Origin: Dudresnaya verticillata
Lineage: Eukaryota
NCBI GenBank assembly: GCA_977862235.1
Contig: OZ374559.1
Location: 2,604,001-2,668,000, forward strand
Direction: 5' to 3'
DNA: 64,000 bases
The notes under the pieces were generated by a model that saw only the letters and a list, made by a program, of their open reading frames with translations, was not told the origin of the DNA and made no database searches. Made by a program: the position numbers and the translations under genes. Below, piece after piece: positions 1-10,819 of this stretch; the stretch's first letter is position 1; every line of letters begins with the position of its first letter.

Positions 1-370
1 TGCCATTGGTTGATGCCACTGCTGTGCTTCTTACTCGAACTCAACAAAATGTGTGCTCTTTCGCTCTTTACACATCTCGCGTCTATGGCTATTGTTGCCA
101 CCCACACACACTGTAACCGCTATACCAACAACCAACGCAAACGAAATGCCTCCCCTCCGCGAAGGATTTGGGATAAACCGCCAATTCTCTTAATAATCCA
201 CTGTGTTGTTTGTCTCGATTGGAGTACTTGTATTCTCGAGGCCTGCTCTATTCACTCTCGATCTACGCTTATCCCGCAAGGATAAATCCAACGATGCAAG
301 CCATGTATTTCCCCTTTTACAAACGCTACTTTTTCGAGCTCTTCGTGCGAAATACAATGAAAGGTTCCGA

Positions 371-565
371 AAGAAAAGAGAGTACCTTATTTCCGGTACG
401 CATTAGTAAGTGAGCGCCATGAAACGTGGAACGTGGAACGCGAAACGTGAAACGTATCAAACGAATCCTTCTACTCATCCCTTGATAGGGTATCAGTTTG
501 CGCAAGAAAAGCGATTACCCTATTTCCGGTGCGCAATAGTAAGTGAGCGCCAGGAAACGTGAAAC
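371..565 (+). repeat. Imperfect ~60-bp direct repeat (about 371-433 and 504-565) with GAAACGT micro-repeats, upstream of the PG-binding gene
   Basis: aagaaaag..tacc.tatttccggt.cgca.tagtaagtgagcgcca.gaaacgtg occurs twice, 133 bp apart. Confidence 0.75.
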
Positions 566-685
566 CACAATCTCCCCTTTCCACTGCATTGGCAAGTGTG
601 GCAGGTCCAGGCCAACCAATTCTCTCCTACGCCCGGACTTCTCAATCTCTGCTCCTGTTCCCACTCCCCCCTCACTGATAACCAC

Positions 686-693
686 TATAAAAA
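686..693 (+). promoter_or_regulatory. Possible TATA box
   Basis: TATAAAAA about 180 bp upstream of ATG 867, followed by a pyrimidine-rich 5' UTR-like stretch. Confidence 0.4.
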
Positions 694-866
694 CCGACCA
701 CTGCTCTCCGCATACCTCCTAACCCAACAGCACAAGTTATCAAGTTCTCCTCATCGCTCAAAAGCCTCATCTCAAAACACCTTCTCCATCCTCGAGCCTT
801 CGACGCCTGAGTGCTCTAGACGTTCCTCTCGTACTTCATCCGAGCACAACTCTTCCACCCTCAAAA

Positions 867-1892
867 ATGACCTACGGCAATAACGGGTCTTCCCTTCCAC
901 CTGTCTGCACCACCCGCCCGATGTTGAGTTGCGGCAATCATGACTCTGGCTCCATCCGCCAGCTCCAAGCATTGATGAACAAGTGTGGTGATGCCCATCT
1001 CACAGTGGACGGTGATTTCGGCCAGAATACCGAAAGGGCCGTCCGGGAATACCAGCGGAAGAATGGGCTTGTCTGCGATGGAGTTGTTGGCAACCAGACA
1101 TGGTCCTCTTTATGTAGCAAATGCAGCGGCGTTGCTGGGGTTCCAGAAGTATGCTCTACTCGACCGACCCTCAAGTGCGGATCACACGACAGTTCTTCTA
1201 TTCGTCAACTTCAAGCAATGCTTAACAAATGTGGAGGCTACCACCTGACTGTGGACGGAGTGTTTGGTGGCCACACTGAGAATGCTGTGAAAGATTATCA
1301 GCGGAAGAACGGGCTGACTTGCGATGGTATTGTTGGCAACCACACTTGGTCTTCCCTTTGCAGTAAGTGCGGTGGCAATGATTCTGGTGGTGGATCTGGT
1401 CTTCCGAGCGTCTGCTCTACTCGCCCGAACCTCAAGTGTGGATCCCATGACAGGGATTCTATTCGCCAACTACAGGAAATGCTTAACAAGTGTGGAGGCT
1501 ACCACCTGACTGTGGACGGAGTGTTTGGTCGCCACACTGAGAATGCTGTGAAAGATTATCAGCGGAAGAACGGGCTGACTTGCGATGGTATTGTTGGCCA
1601 CCACACTTGGTCTTCCCTTTGCAGTAAGTGCGGTAACAATGATTCTGGTGGTGGATCTGGTCTTCCGAGCGTCTGCTCTACTCGCCCGAACCTCAAGTGT
1701 GGATCTCATGACAGGGATTCTATTCGCCAACTGCAGGAAATGCTTAACAAGTGTGGAGGCTACCACCTGACTGTGGACGGAGTGTTTGGGCGGCACACTG
1801 AGAATACTGTGAAAGATTACCAGCGGAAGAACGGATTAGGCTGTGATGGCATCGTGGGTAATCAGACTTGGACTTCCCTTTGCAGTAAGTGA
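867..1892 (+). CDS. Protein of four tandem Cys-containing peptidoglycan-binding (PG_binding_1-like) domains
   Basis: Four copies of L.CG.HD..SIRQLQ..LNKCG...LTVDG.FG..TE.AV..YQRKNGL.CDGIVG..TW.SL; repeats 3 and 4 near-identical with a 261-bp period; no catalytic domain or signal peptide seen. Confidence 0.88.
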   Translation: MTYGNNGSSLPPVCTTRPMLSCGNHDSGSIRQLQALMNKCGDAHLTVDGDFGQNTERAVREYQRKNGLVCDGVVGNQTWSSLCSKCSGVAGVPEVCSTRPTLKCGSHDSSSIRQLQAMLNKCGGYHLTVDGVFGGHTENAVKDYQRKNGLTCDGIVGNHTWSSLCSKCGGNDSGGGSGLPSVCSTRPNLKCGSHDRDSIRQLQEMLNKCGGYHLTVDGVFGRHTENAVKDYQRKNGLTCDGIVGHHTWSSLCSKCGNNDSGGGSGLPSVCSTRPNLKCGSHDRDSIRQLQEMLNKCGGYHLTVDGVFGRHTENTVKDYQRKNGLGCDGIVGNQTWTSLCSK

Positions 1893-1895
1893 TGG

Positions 1896-2775
1896 TAAAC
1901 TTTTAATGGTTGTTTTAGGTGTCCCGCTCGGGCGACTTAAAGGCCCATGTGCAGGCACATCAGGATCAGCTACAGTGGCAGAGGGCTGTCACTGTAGTGT
2001 ACCCCGGGAAGGAAAAACGGACAGCGGTGGTGTGTCTATGATTGGGAGGATGGCGGCGTGTTCAGAGAGGGAAACTCGGCAGAGCACAGGGTGCGGATGG
2101 CGGCGATCGTACTGGCAATGGTGTGTAGATCGTCTGGGGTGGCGTCTGGCTTGGAGAGCAGATGGAGGGCTTGGGTGTGGGTTCGAAGGGTTGCACGTTT
2201 GGTAGGGCAGGAAGGGGGGATGGGGAAGGTACCCAAATGCCACCGGATGGCCAGCAGTCTGTCGCGATAGTCGGCGAGTCGCAGGACCGGCGCGGGACAC
2301 GAAGTCGTGGGGAGAGGAGCGGGGCGGCGCCCCGCCAGGGCTTCCTTCCAGGCGGAATGGCATTGCTGGACAAGGACGCGACGGGGGAGCGGGTTCTGTA
2401 GCGCCTCTTGTAATGTGTCATTGGGCACATGGCGGAGGGCACTTAATGTGTGTCGAGCCTGCCAGGAGGGGCGCGATAGGCGCGGTTGGTGTCGAGCACG
2501 ACGTTGGAGGGAGGCGATAAGCTTGTGCTGTAGGGCGCGTTGGCGCAGGAGAGGCGGTTCAATCTGAAAGATCGCGCGGAGCTTCTGTAGCCGGGTACGG
2601 GGCATGCGTTTCGACGGCTGCGACAGCACTAGTCGGAAGAATGCAGCATCCAGGCTGTCCATCGCGGCTTGCGTTTCAGCTGTATAGCTTACCAGGGTGC
2701 AGCCATGCTCGTAAGTTGAGCGTATGAAGGTATTGTATATGAAGTAAGTAAGTGCTAATTGACAAGAGGAATGAA
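1896..2775 (-). mobile_element. 5'-truncated LINE (non-LTR retrotransposon) 3' fragment
   Basis: ORF 2036-2821 has the post-RT C-terminus DRLLAIRWHLGTFPIPP.CP shared with the RT ORF at 61118-62269, plus the family 3' UTR motif. Confidence 0.8.
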
Positions 2776-3655
2776 AGGACCTGATGACTGCGAATGAAGA
2801 TGGCTTCTTTTCAGATAGCAAGGGAGGAATGGAACTGGTTTGTTACTCTTTTTTGGCCATCAGCTCGGAAAGGCATGCGGCTAGACTTTATGAGTCTTTA
2901 GAGTGTGCCTGTGTCAGAGTACCGGGCGACCTAGCGCCCTTCGAACCCTACCATAAAGTTCCCCATCTCTCTTTAGTATTTGTCGCAGTGGGCGACCATG
3001 CACCGCTGGTGGCTTTTGTCCATGGTCTCGCTACAGTACTGACAAGTGTACAGTAGTCAGATGCAGTAGCTGTAGCCCTATCATACTGTACGGTACGTCG
3101 TTTAATGCGCTCCCAAAAACTCTGCCGTCGCCGCGGATCGTCCTCATGCGCCAATGGCAATAGCAACTGCGTTTCAATCTCTTCCCGCGCCGTCCGCACT
3201 AACGTCGACACTTTTCTGTATTCACCATACCGTACACGAAGACAGAAGACACCGCGACAGGTAGAGCCAAGCGCTCGAGACGATCGACATCCGCAGCGGC
3301 GTATGCCATCGACACCTTCCATTTTTCGCCGCATGGTGTGCCGCGCCGCCGCCAGCACGCTGCGAAGCCCCGCATGCATGCGCTTCACCACGCCAGAGAC
3401 GGAAAGAGCTTGGTTCGAGTCGAGCGACAGAGCCGCAAACTCCAATTCGCGCAGCGACGGCTTTTGTCATAGAGGCGGCATTGGATGTCAGCAGCAATAG
3501 CAATAGCCGCTGCTTCTTGTCAGGCGCGTCGTCCTTGCACCAAGCATGTTCACTGTTCAGTGCATCCATCGCGAACCCCACTAAATCTTTATTTCCCAAG
3601 TCGTCCCTTTACAACCCGGCACCCCCATGCCAAGCAAAGAGTACGCTCTGCTTAC

Positions 3656-5041
3656 TCAGTCAAATTCATCGCTATCACCCTGCACCTCAGCCCCGGATCC
3701 AATCGCCCCGTCGTCGCCGAAAAGCGTCATGAACCTTTTGCCGCGCCCCTTCCACTTCACCCCAACCTTGTTCGCAGCCGCAACCTCGGCGATCGTGTAC
3801 TTGAGCTCGTTGTACATCACAGACTCCACCATGGCCCGCGTCGCAGACTTGGTATCCGGCTGCGTGCTCTTGAGCCGCTCGTAAAGCAGCTCGCTGCCGT
3901 CGCGCTTTCTCTTCGCTTCGAGCATCTCAAAGTCCAGGCAGAGCAACTGCCACGTCCCAAGCAGCGTGCGATGCAGCTTGTCCAGCTCGGACACCACTTC
4001 CGGGCGCGACATCGTATCCGAACACCGAATCACGTTGCGCAAGCAATTCGCTACAGCCTCTACGTACACCCCCGCCTGAAACACAGAAGTCGCCTCGCCA
4101 ATCGCAGTTTCCTCAAACTTGGACACGTGCTCTGCCGGGAGCGGGAACGGTCGCGGGTAGGACAGGTCGAGCCCGAGCGGCGCCGGGATGAACACCGGCC
4201 CGACGGGCGCCCGCCGCCGCTGGTGGTAAAACGCAGACGTGAACAGCTGCGCCGGGCGCTCCGGCGTGGGCAGGTACGGCATGTAACTGGAGCGTGGCGG
4301 CGAGCTGACCGGCGGCGACCCGGGCGGCCCGTGCATGCCCCACGGCGGCGGCGCGCTCGGGTAGCCCAGCGGCGGCATGCCCGCGTGCGAGTGCGACGAC
4401 GTGCTTTGCGACGGGCGCGGCACTGGCGGCGACAGCGACGACCCAGTCGGCGTGGGCTGCCCGTTGGCGTTGGCGGCGGCGGCAGGCGTGATGGTGACCG
4501 TGGGGGCGTGCGCGTGCGCGGGCACGGGGGTGGTCGCGGTGGACGCGGGCGGGAGCGCGGCCAGGCGGGCCTCGAGCTGCGCCAGGCGGGAGTGCAGCTC
4601 GGCCGTGGTGGGGTCGGCCGCGGGCGGCGGCTTGTCTGGCGGCGGGGCCGGGGGGCTGGCGGGCGGCGCGACGGGCGGCGCGGCGGCAGGCGCGGGATCG
4701 GCGGGTGGCGACGGCGGCGACGCGTCGGCGACGGCGGCGCGCGGCGGCGGCAGGTCGCTGCCGCCGGCTTTCACGGGCGCTGCCGCGTCTGCGTCGGGCG
4801 CGGGGCTCATGGGCGGCAGGGCGGGCGCGCGCAGGGGCGGGGAGGGCATTGTGGTGGTGGTGGTGGTGGTGGTGGTGGCGGTGGGATTGGAGGGGGGGAG
4901 GGGGAGATGGGGGCGGTGGGAGGCAGGGTTTGAGAGAGAGAGGAGGATGGAGCGGTGGTCGCGCGCGGGCGAGTTGGGGGTGGGTGTCAGGTGTGGCGGC
5001 GCGGCGGTCGCGGCCACGCGGCGCGGTGATTCGGGGAACAC
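3656..5041 (-). CDS. Hypothetical Pro/Ala-rich protein with short coiled coil (likely start near 4849); function unknown, possibly a retroelement ORF1
   Basis: 461-aa ORF in a very GC-rich segment; low-complexity N half and a globular-looking C half. Confidence 0.45.
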   Translation of the reverse strand: MFPESPRRVAATAAPPHLTPTPNSPARDHRSILLSLSNPASHRPHLPLPPSNPTATTTTTTTTTMPSPPLRAPALPPMSPAPDADAAAPVKAGGSDLPPPRAAVADASPPSPPADPAPAAAPPVAPPASPPAPPPDKPPPAADPTTAELHSRLAQLEARLAALPPASTATTPVPAHAHAPTVTITPAAAANANGQPTPTGSSLSPPVPRPSQSTSSHSHAGMPPLGYPSAPPPWGMHGPPGSPPVSSPPRSSYMPYLPTPERPAQLFTSAFYHQRRRAPVGPVFIPAPLGLDLSYPRPFPLPAEHVSKFEETAIGEATSVFQAGVYVEAVANCLRNVIRCSDTMSRPEVVSELDKLHRTLLGTWQLLCLDFEMLEAKRKRDGSELLYERLKSTQPDTKSATRAMVESVMYNELKYTIAEVAAANKVGVKWKGRGKRFMTLFGDDGAIGSGAEVQGDSDEFD

Positions 5042-5251
5042 GTCAGGGCGGTATGGAGGGAGTGCGTCGGCACAGACTGGCGCGGGCCAATTGGGAGCGC
5101 GCGCGGCTCACGATGCAGCTGTAGCAGCGGCCGGCGCCTCTTTCTGGAGACGTCTTCGAAGCGCAAACCCTGAAACGATGGCGCAGTCTGTCCTCCCGCC
5201 GCGCGCCACACGTGCGCGCTGTCTGAAAGACAGCGGCGAGGCGCCTGCATG

Positions 5252-5254
<3 letters not shown>

Positions 5255-5283
<29 letters not shown>
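5255..5283. repeat. (GT)n microsatellite
   Basis: Direct inspection; also (GGT)n near 4851-4878 and (GGCTTTCGT)x3 near 5338-5367. Confidence 0.9.
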
Positions 5284-5567
5284 CCCCCTCGCGGCGTGCA
5301 GGCGACGCGCGAGGTCTGGCATGCCCGGCCTGCGTCGAGGCTTTCGTGGCTTTCGTGGCTTTCGTGGCCGCCGCTGTGCGCGCCGCACGCAACTGTCGAT
5401 TTGTTTTGACTGGTACAACAAGCTGTACAGCTTTGTCCTAACCAAAGGTCATCTCCCTCCCTCTCCCTCTCTCTCTTTTTGATCGATACGCGCGTCTGTT
5501 CCGCGCCGATTTGTGAGCGTTACATGAGGTTACAGTGGCTTGATAAACATACAAACAAAACCAACGC

Positions 5568-6347
5568 ATGAGACGGAAGCCGCAGCGTTTTTACCGAACA
5601 CTGCCGCGCATTCCACAGAAGTGCACGTCGACCAAACGTCAGGGCGCACCTGTATTTGCGCCAGATCTCCCTTGTTCTGCGTGCCTATCCGTTTCTGGTC
5701 GCGTGGGTTCCCTTGACCGTTTGGGGTATCATGCTTCGACATGTCCCTGTGCCCATGGGTCCACTCGTCGTCACAATTCTATTAGGGATCTCCTTTTCTC
5801 TCGTCTCCGTCACCCGTCTATCGGGCTTTCTGTCACGAGAGAGCAGTCCTTTCATCTACAGGGCGATCTTCAACGATTGGACTTGGTGTTGGATGATCCC
5901 GTCTTTTCTGATTCATGCATTGGTTATGACCTTACTATTGTGACTCCCTCTACTGCTCGCGCTGTATCCAAGGCATCTGAAATTCCTGCAGGGGCCACCC
6001 AAGTCGCTGAACGGGACAAGCATCGCAAGTATCGCACTGCTTGTGCAGCACATTGTATTACGTTTCAGCCGCTGGGATTCGACATTCACGGAGGCATTGG
6101 CCCCGAATGCTGTAGCGCACTTCAAAAGCTCGCTGCTTTCCTGGCCACGCGCCGGGGAACAAATCCTACTACTGAATACCATTCGTTAGTTTCACCACTG
6201 GTTTCCCGCATTCTCCAGCTCACCGCCCTCGCCGTGAATCGTCGACGTCCCGTTAGTCCAGGCCTTCCAGTAGTCATCAGCGGCTAATTCATTAGGGTTT
6301 CCGCTGTTCGTCTTGCTTTAATAAAGTTGTGATGATGATGATGATGA
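5568..6347 (+). mobile_element. 3' end of a restriction-like endonuclease (RLE; CRE/NeSL-type) non-LTR retrotransposon
   Basis: C..C...H...CPC..G...RHN.IRD, REQ, RLDLVLDD...GYDLTIV, E.DK.RKY, FQPLGFD..GG.G motifs; ends in AATAAA plus a (GAT)n tail. Confidence 0.8.
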
Positions 6348-6420
6348 TATCTACGTTGGCGATGAACTTTAATTTACCACGGGATAAACCGGATCTTCCG
6401 CAACTGCAACACCGGGCAAA

Positions 6421-7150
6421 TCACAAAGACAACCTCGACACCGAGTTCTTCCGCTTGTTCATATCGCAACGCACGCCCCGCATGCCCAGCTCGCGTCTCA
6501 AGAAGCTTCGAGCTCTGTTCCGCATCGTCCCGCCGCTTCTGCGCCAGCGTATTCTACAAAGCAAGTTCGTGTCTTCCCTCCGCCGCACTGCGCGCTCCAC
6601 GCACCTCCCGGCATCATGGCACGCTCGGAAAACTTTACTCGCTCTCCCGAAGCTCCGAAACCCGATGCTGGGTAACGCGATCCAGAACCCGACGACCCCA
6701 TCCACCCTGCATGCTGACTGCGTTGCCCAATTGCGCTCTGCATTTCCCGGTCCGCGCAAAGCCCCAGTCCCCACCACATCACGCTTTGCCCCGGCGCTGC
6801 TACTCCCTGACCACCGTGACCGCCTGCTTTCTATCAGATGGCACTTATGCACCTTCCCAATCCCACCCCGTTGCCCCTCCTCTCGTACGGCGTTACGCGC
6901 CCATGCCCTCGAGCTCACGAAGCTCTCGCACGACGCCCTCCAGCCCTCGGACATCCGCTCAGTCTCATTATCGATTGCTGCGATCCGTGACCTATGCTCA
7001 GTGGACCACCCTCCCCCGTTCTCCTTGTCACCCCCGTAACCACCTGCCCGCCCTTCATTGATACCTTGGCCCCTAGGGCCGGTGCGCCTGCAAATGGGCC
7101 TTTGTTGCCTGCGCAGGACCACCTAAAACAACAATAAACATGAATCATCA
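6421..7150 (+). mobile_element. 5'-truncated LINE 3' fragment, same subfamily as 34140-35110
   Basis: DRLLSIRWHLCTFPIPPRCP motif; 3' UTR gcgcctgcaaatgggcc...gcaggaccacctaaaacaacaataaac. Confidence 0.82.
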
Positions 7151-7199
7151 CAAAGACGGCAAGTTTTCGTGGGGCACACAGTGCTAGATTCGTCTCCAA

Positions 7200-7815
7200 G
7201 TCTCCCTCGGTCCTCCCCTCTCCGAGCCTTCCAGCTTTTCACACATTCCCTACCTATTGTCGCTTGCGCCATCCCCGGGCCCTAATGGCAGCCATTGGAC
7301 AGTGGTAATGTCACAAGTCAGTACGACGCGCCATAACGGCTTTCGCGATCCCCTCGAGAGTTCCCTTTCCACCAGGGCTTACAGCGGCAGCGGCTATTAG
7401 ACCTCTACGTCTCACCCCTTCCTCTCTCCGCATCCCCAGATGTTTGACGTCACGATCGTCAGCCCCCATTCTGTTTGCAATACCGGGCGTTCCCCGACAT
7501 GCTCTTCAGGTTGCTGAACGGTGCAATCGTTGCAAAGTCAACTGCGCTTGCCTCGCGTTAGGTGCCGACTTCCACCCCCTTGCAGCGGACAATTACGGAA
7601 CCCTCGGTCCCGGTTTCGAGGCTAGTCGGCGGGATGTTACAGACTTTATTTTTGCTCGCCGGGGCACCTCGCTAGTAATGGAACGCGATGTCCTCTTCAC
7701 CAAGCTCGGTTCACAGGTTCTCCACATTACCGCAATATCTCTCGCTCTGACGAATAAAGTACCCCTCTCTCTCATGAACATTCACCGTCGTGGCCTCGAT
7801 TTGTCCTCTTCTTGA
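7200..7815 (+). mobile_element. Degraded RLE non-LTR retrotransposon 3' relic
   Basis: QVAER...C..LGADFHPLA.D.YG.LGP...ARRGT parallels 5568-6287. Confidence 0.6.
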
Positions 7816-7876
7816 GGGCATATCCCAGGCCTTCTTTCACGAATGATTAAAGTTCTACTTCTCTCCCAAGTGAAAA

Positions 7877-10369
7877 TTAGGCTTTAAGATGTCTCTTCCT
7901 CATTGGCTTCCTCTTTCGTCGGACAATAGTGAAACCATCGCCATCAGTCCGCGCAAGCGCGTCCTTCTCCGCAAGGCGGGATCCATCTTCGGCAGCAGGC
8001 GTGGGGGTACTAACGGTGGAGTTAACTCCGTCATTCTGAGGTTCTCTACCCAAGGGCAGGCCCCCTCCCGCATTACAGTTCTTCTCGTCCGCGGCTACAG
8101 CGGTCTTTTTGGTAGGAGCGACCACTTTTCCAGTATCCTTGGAGAGCTTCGAAGTCATATCTGAAGCCAAGAAATTACTTCCTTTCTTCGTGTCGCTTAT
8201 ACGATAGTCACTGCCCTTCTTCCCTACATATGCTCGATCCACTTCCGAGACCCTCTTGGTTTCTTCTTTTCCTTGCAGCGAAATCGGAACTTCGTTCTGC
8301 GACGAGGCAGAAATATTGCTGTGTGCAGAATGTTTCTCGGGATTCGAAGCAGTAGCCGTGCTACTTGGAAGTGTTCTGGCGCTCTGGCGGATGATGTTAG
8401 AAGTCATGTCGAGACTCGCCAGCATTTCACTCACGATTTCCGAGCGGCTCATTTGACCAGACGCTCCGGAGTCTGGAACAGTGCCGTGTTTCTGATGCTC
8501 TCTCTTTCCCGGAACTCGGGCCACTCTAGGCGAAATTGTGTCTAGCTTCGGTATATCCTTGTCGCTACCACCCTTCGCAGCAGCAGTATTCGATACAGAC
8601 TGACTGAAGTTACCCGAAGGAAATTTCATGGCAACCGTAGCCCAAGATTCTCCTGGAAGTTGAGCGGATTGCTCAACCGCATCGATGCCACTTTCTACTC
8701 TCAGGTTCTGCTTCCTAAGATGAACTGGAGATGAACTCTTCGCCTCCTTTGCCGACTGTACAGATGGAGGCCTCGAGGTAGATTGGATACGTCTTGAAGA
8801 GTTCTGACCGGAAGAGGGAACTTGAACGCGTTCTTTCTTCTCCGAGACTGGAAGCATATGAGACTTGTTCTTGTGAGTGACTGGTGCAGTTGCGTCGGCA
8901 GAGAAAGAATTCATTCCCTGCTTTCCCTTTCTAACCTTTTTCTTACCAGCCCTCTTCCTGGCTGTGCTTGTGTTAGATATGAAAGCGCTCGCGCTCCGTA
9001 GAGGCGATGTGCGCAAATCTGTTTCTTTGTTACCAAGCCCATGAACCTTGAAGGCTGAAAAATCAAAGCGCCCACGTCGGAAGGGTCTGGACCCAGGAAC
9101 CTTCTCTACAATGAAGTTCCCGAATTGCAAGGCTCCCGGCATCATTAATTGTTTCGTATGAGCCTGGTTCTTCTGCTGCCTTTTTGCAGAAGCAAAACCT
9201 CTCGGCTGATGGTGGTCTGCAATCCCCTTGTCCGACACAGAAACGGAAGTCTTGCCACGGATATCAGCGGTTCGATGCACTGGCTCCAAAATATTTTTGG
9301 GGTCAACATTCACATCTCCTTTGCTTGTATCCAATGCCACATGTGAAGTTTCCATACTCTGCTGACTTACTCTCACACTCTTATCTTCGAAGATGCCAGC
9401 AGACCGGCAAGTTCCTGTGTCTGCATCTCCTCTGCAGTTGAAGTTGCCCTCTTGACCAGCGACATTACCGAAGAAGTCCACCTTGGGAACTTGAAGACCG
9501 TGGTAGGGCTCCTGGTTCGTTGACACGTGAGCTCCTGAACCGGGGTTAGAACATGTCGAAGTAGCGCCAATGGGCTCAGTCACGGCATCCAGCGGCTGAG
9601 AAACGGGCGGGACCTGTTGCGCTTGGAAGTGATCAGGACCGTATGCCACCATGGCCTCTCCGGTGCCGTAGCCATTTCCTTCAAAGCGGTTTAGGCTGTA
9701 GTTCTGATAGTTCTGATGCATGGGGACATAGGCATTGTAGGGTGTTGCCGCTTCACCCGAATTGGCACTGCGATAACACTCGGGAAAAGCATCTGTCTGA
9801 TAGTGCTCTGCAGCATGCACAGGGAGAATAGTTGCGTCATTCTCGTAAGCATAACCAGAACACATGTTCCAGGAAGTCGGAGCCCCGAAAGCAGCTGACG
9901 CTGACGGATGGGCATAACCGGCTTGCGCCTGCATGGGATCGGACGTCGGCACGAGTCCGTGATAAGACCCAGTCGTTGCACCGGGGGTTGCGGCCTGCTT
10001 CCACTGAGAGCTTGAAGCGAAGGCTGTGGCGGTTGCCCACTGCTGCGGTGCTTGCTGTGGTGCTTGCTGCCGAGCCGGAGTCCACATCGGCGCAGAAGAA
10101 GCCGGCATTGCTTGCGGGACGCCGTGGAACGGCGACATGAACATGGTCGGAGCATGGTGAGCATGATGAGCGGGAAATGCAAGTGCATTATGCATTGGAG
10201 CAGGCTGCGTCAAAGGCATCGGTGCGGGGTTAACTTCTGGCATCGCAGGACTGGCTGGCGGGAAGCTGGCGCCAGTGTAGATACGCGGCTGCTGTTGATT
10301 TGCGGACGGGTTCATTGCAGTCGATGAGGGGGCGGCTGGGACAGAGTTGATCGAGTGCCAAGTATGCAT
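7877..10369 (-). CDS. Hypothetical disordered Q/P/A-rich protein, paralog A
   Basis: 830-aa ORF highly similar to 21306-24083; contains LQFGNF, SWATVA and C-terminal DGFTIVRRKRK motifs. Confidence 0.75.
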   Translation of the reverse strand: MHTWHSINSVPAAPSSTAMNPSANQQQPRIYTGASFPPASPAMPEVNPAPMPLTQPAPMHNALAFPAHHAHHAPTMFMSPFHGVPQAMPASSAPMWTPARQQAPQQAPQQWATATAFASSSQWKQAATPGATTGSYHGLVPTSDPMQAQAGYAHPSASAAFGAPTSWNMCSGYAYENDATILPVHAAEHYQTDAFPECYRSANSGEAATPYNAYVPMHQNYQNYSLNRFEGNGYGTGEAMVAYGPDHFQAQQVPPVSQPLDAVTEPIGATSTCSNPGSGAHVSTNQEPYHGLQVPKVDFFGNVAGQEGNFNCRGDADTGTCRSAGIFEDKSVRVSQQSMETSHVALDTSKGDVNVDPKNILEPVHRTADIRGKTSVSVSDKGIADHHQPRGFASAKRQQKNQAHTKQLMMPGALQFGNFIVEKVPGSRPFRRGRFDFSAFKVHGLGNKETDLRTSPLRSASAFISNTSTARKRAGKKKVRKGKQGMNSFSADATAPVTHKNKSHMLPVSEKKERVQVPSSGQNSSRRIQSTSRPPSVQSAKEAKSSSPVHLRKQNLRVESGIDAVEQSAQLPGESWATVAMKFPSGNFSQSVSNTAAAKGGSDKDIPKLDTISPRVARVPGKREHQKHGTVPDSGASGQMSRSEIVSEMLASLDMTSNIIRQSARTLPSSTATASNPEKHSAHSNISASSQNEVPISLQGKEETKRVSEVDRAYVGKKGSDYRISDTKKGSNFLASDMTSKLSKDTGKVVAPTKKTAVAADEKNCNAGGGLPLGREPQNDGVNSTVSTPTPAAEDGSRLAEKDALARTDGDGFTIVRRKRKPMRKRHLKA

Positions 10370-10819
10370 GGAGATGGCTTGTTTGGGGGAGTGTGGAAGG
10401 GTTGGTCGGAGGGGGAATGGTGGGGTGGGCTTTCGTCGAAGGGTAGAGGTGGTGTTGGCGGTTGCGTTGGCGCTAGTGATGGCGTGGGTGGAGCGCTTGA
10501 GAAGGGGAGGGCGGCGGATCGAATGTTTATACTGTATGGGGCGAGGGGCGTAGGCGGGAACAGGGTCTTCGCCAACGCAGCCGACGGGTTTGATGTTCGG
10601 TGGCGGGAATTCGTCTGTTTCGGTTTGTCGATGGCGGCGGCGGGAGATCGGAAAAGGCGCGTTGGTTAAACTTGGCTCAGAAATTTGTCACAAAAACAGA
10701 ATGTTCGTATGCTTACAGCTCGGATCTGCGACTGGTCGAGAAATGGGCTTTGACAGCCGAACGCAATCTTCGACGTTGCACTTGTAGTCACTGCAGCATC
10801 ATCGAAGTTTTTCTTCCAA

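Noticed and set aside
3485..5482. Long plus-strand ORFs 3485-4933 and 4377-5441
   Set aside because: Antisense shadows of a GC-rich low-complexity region and microsatellites.
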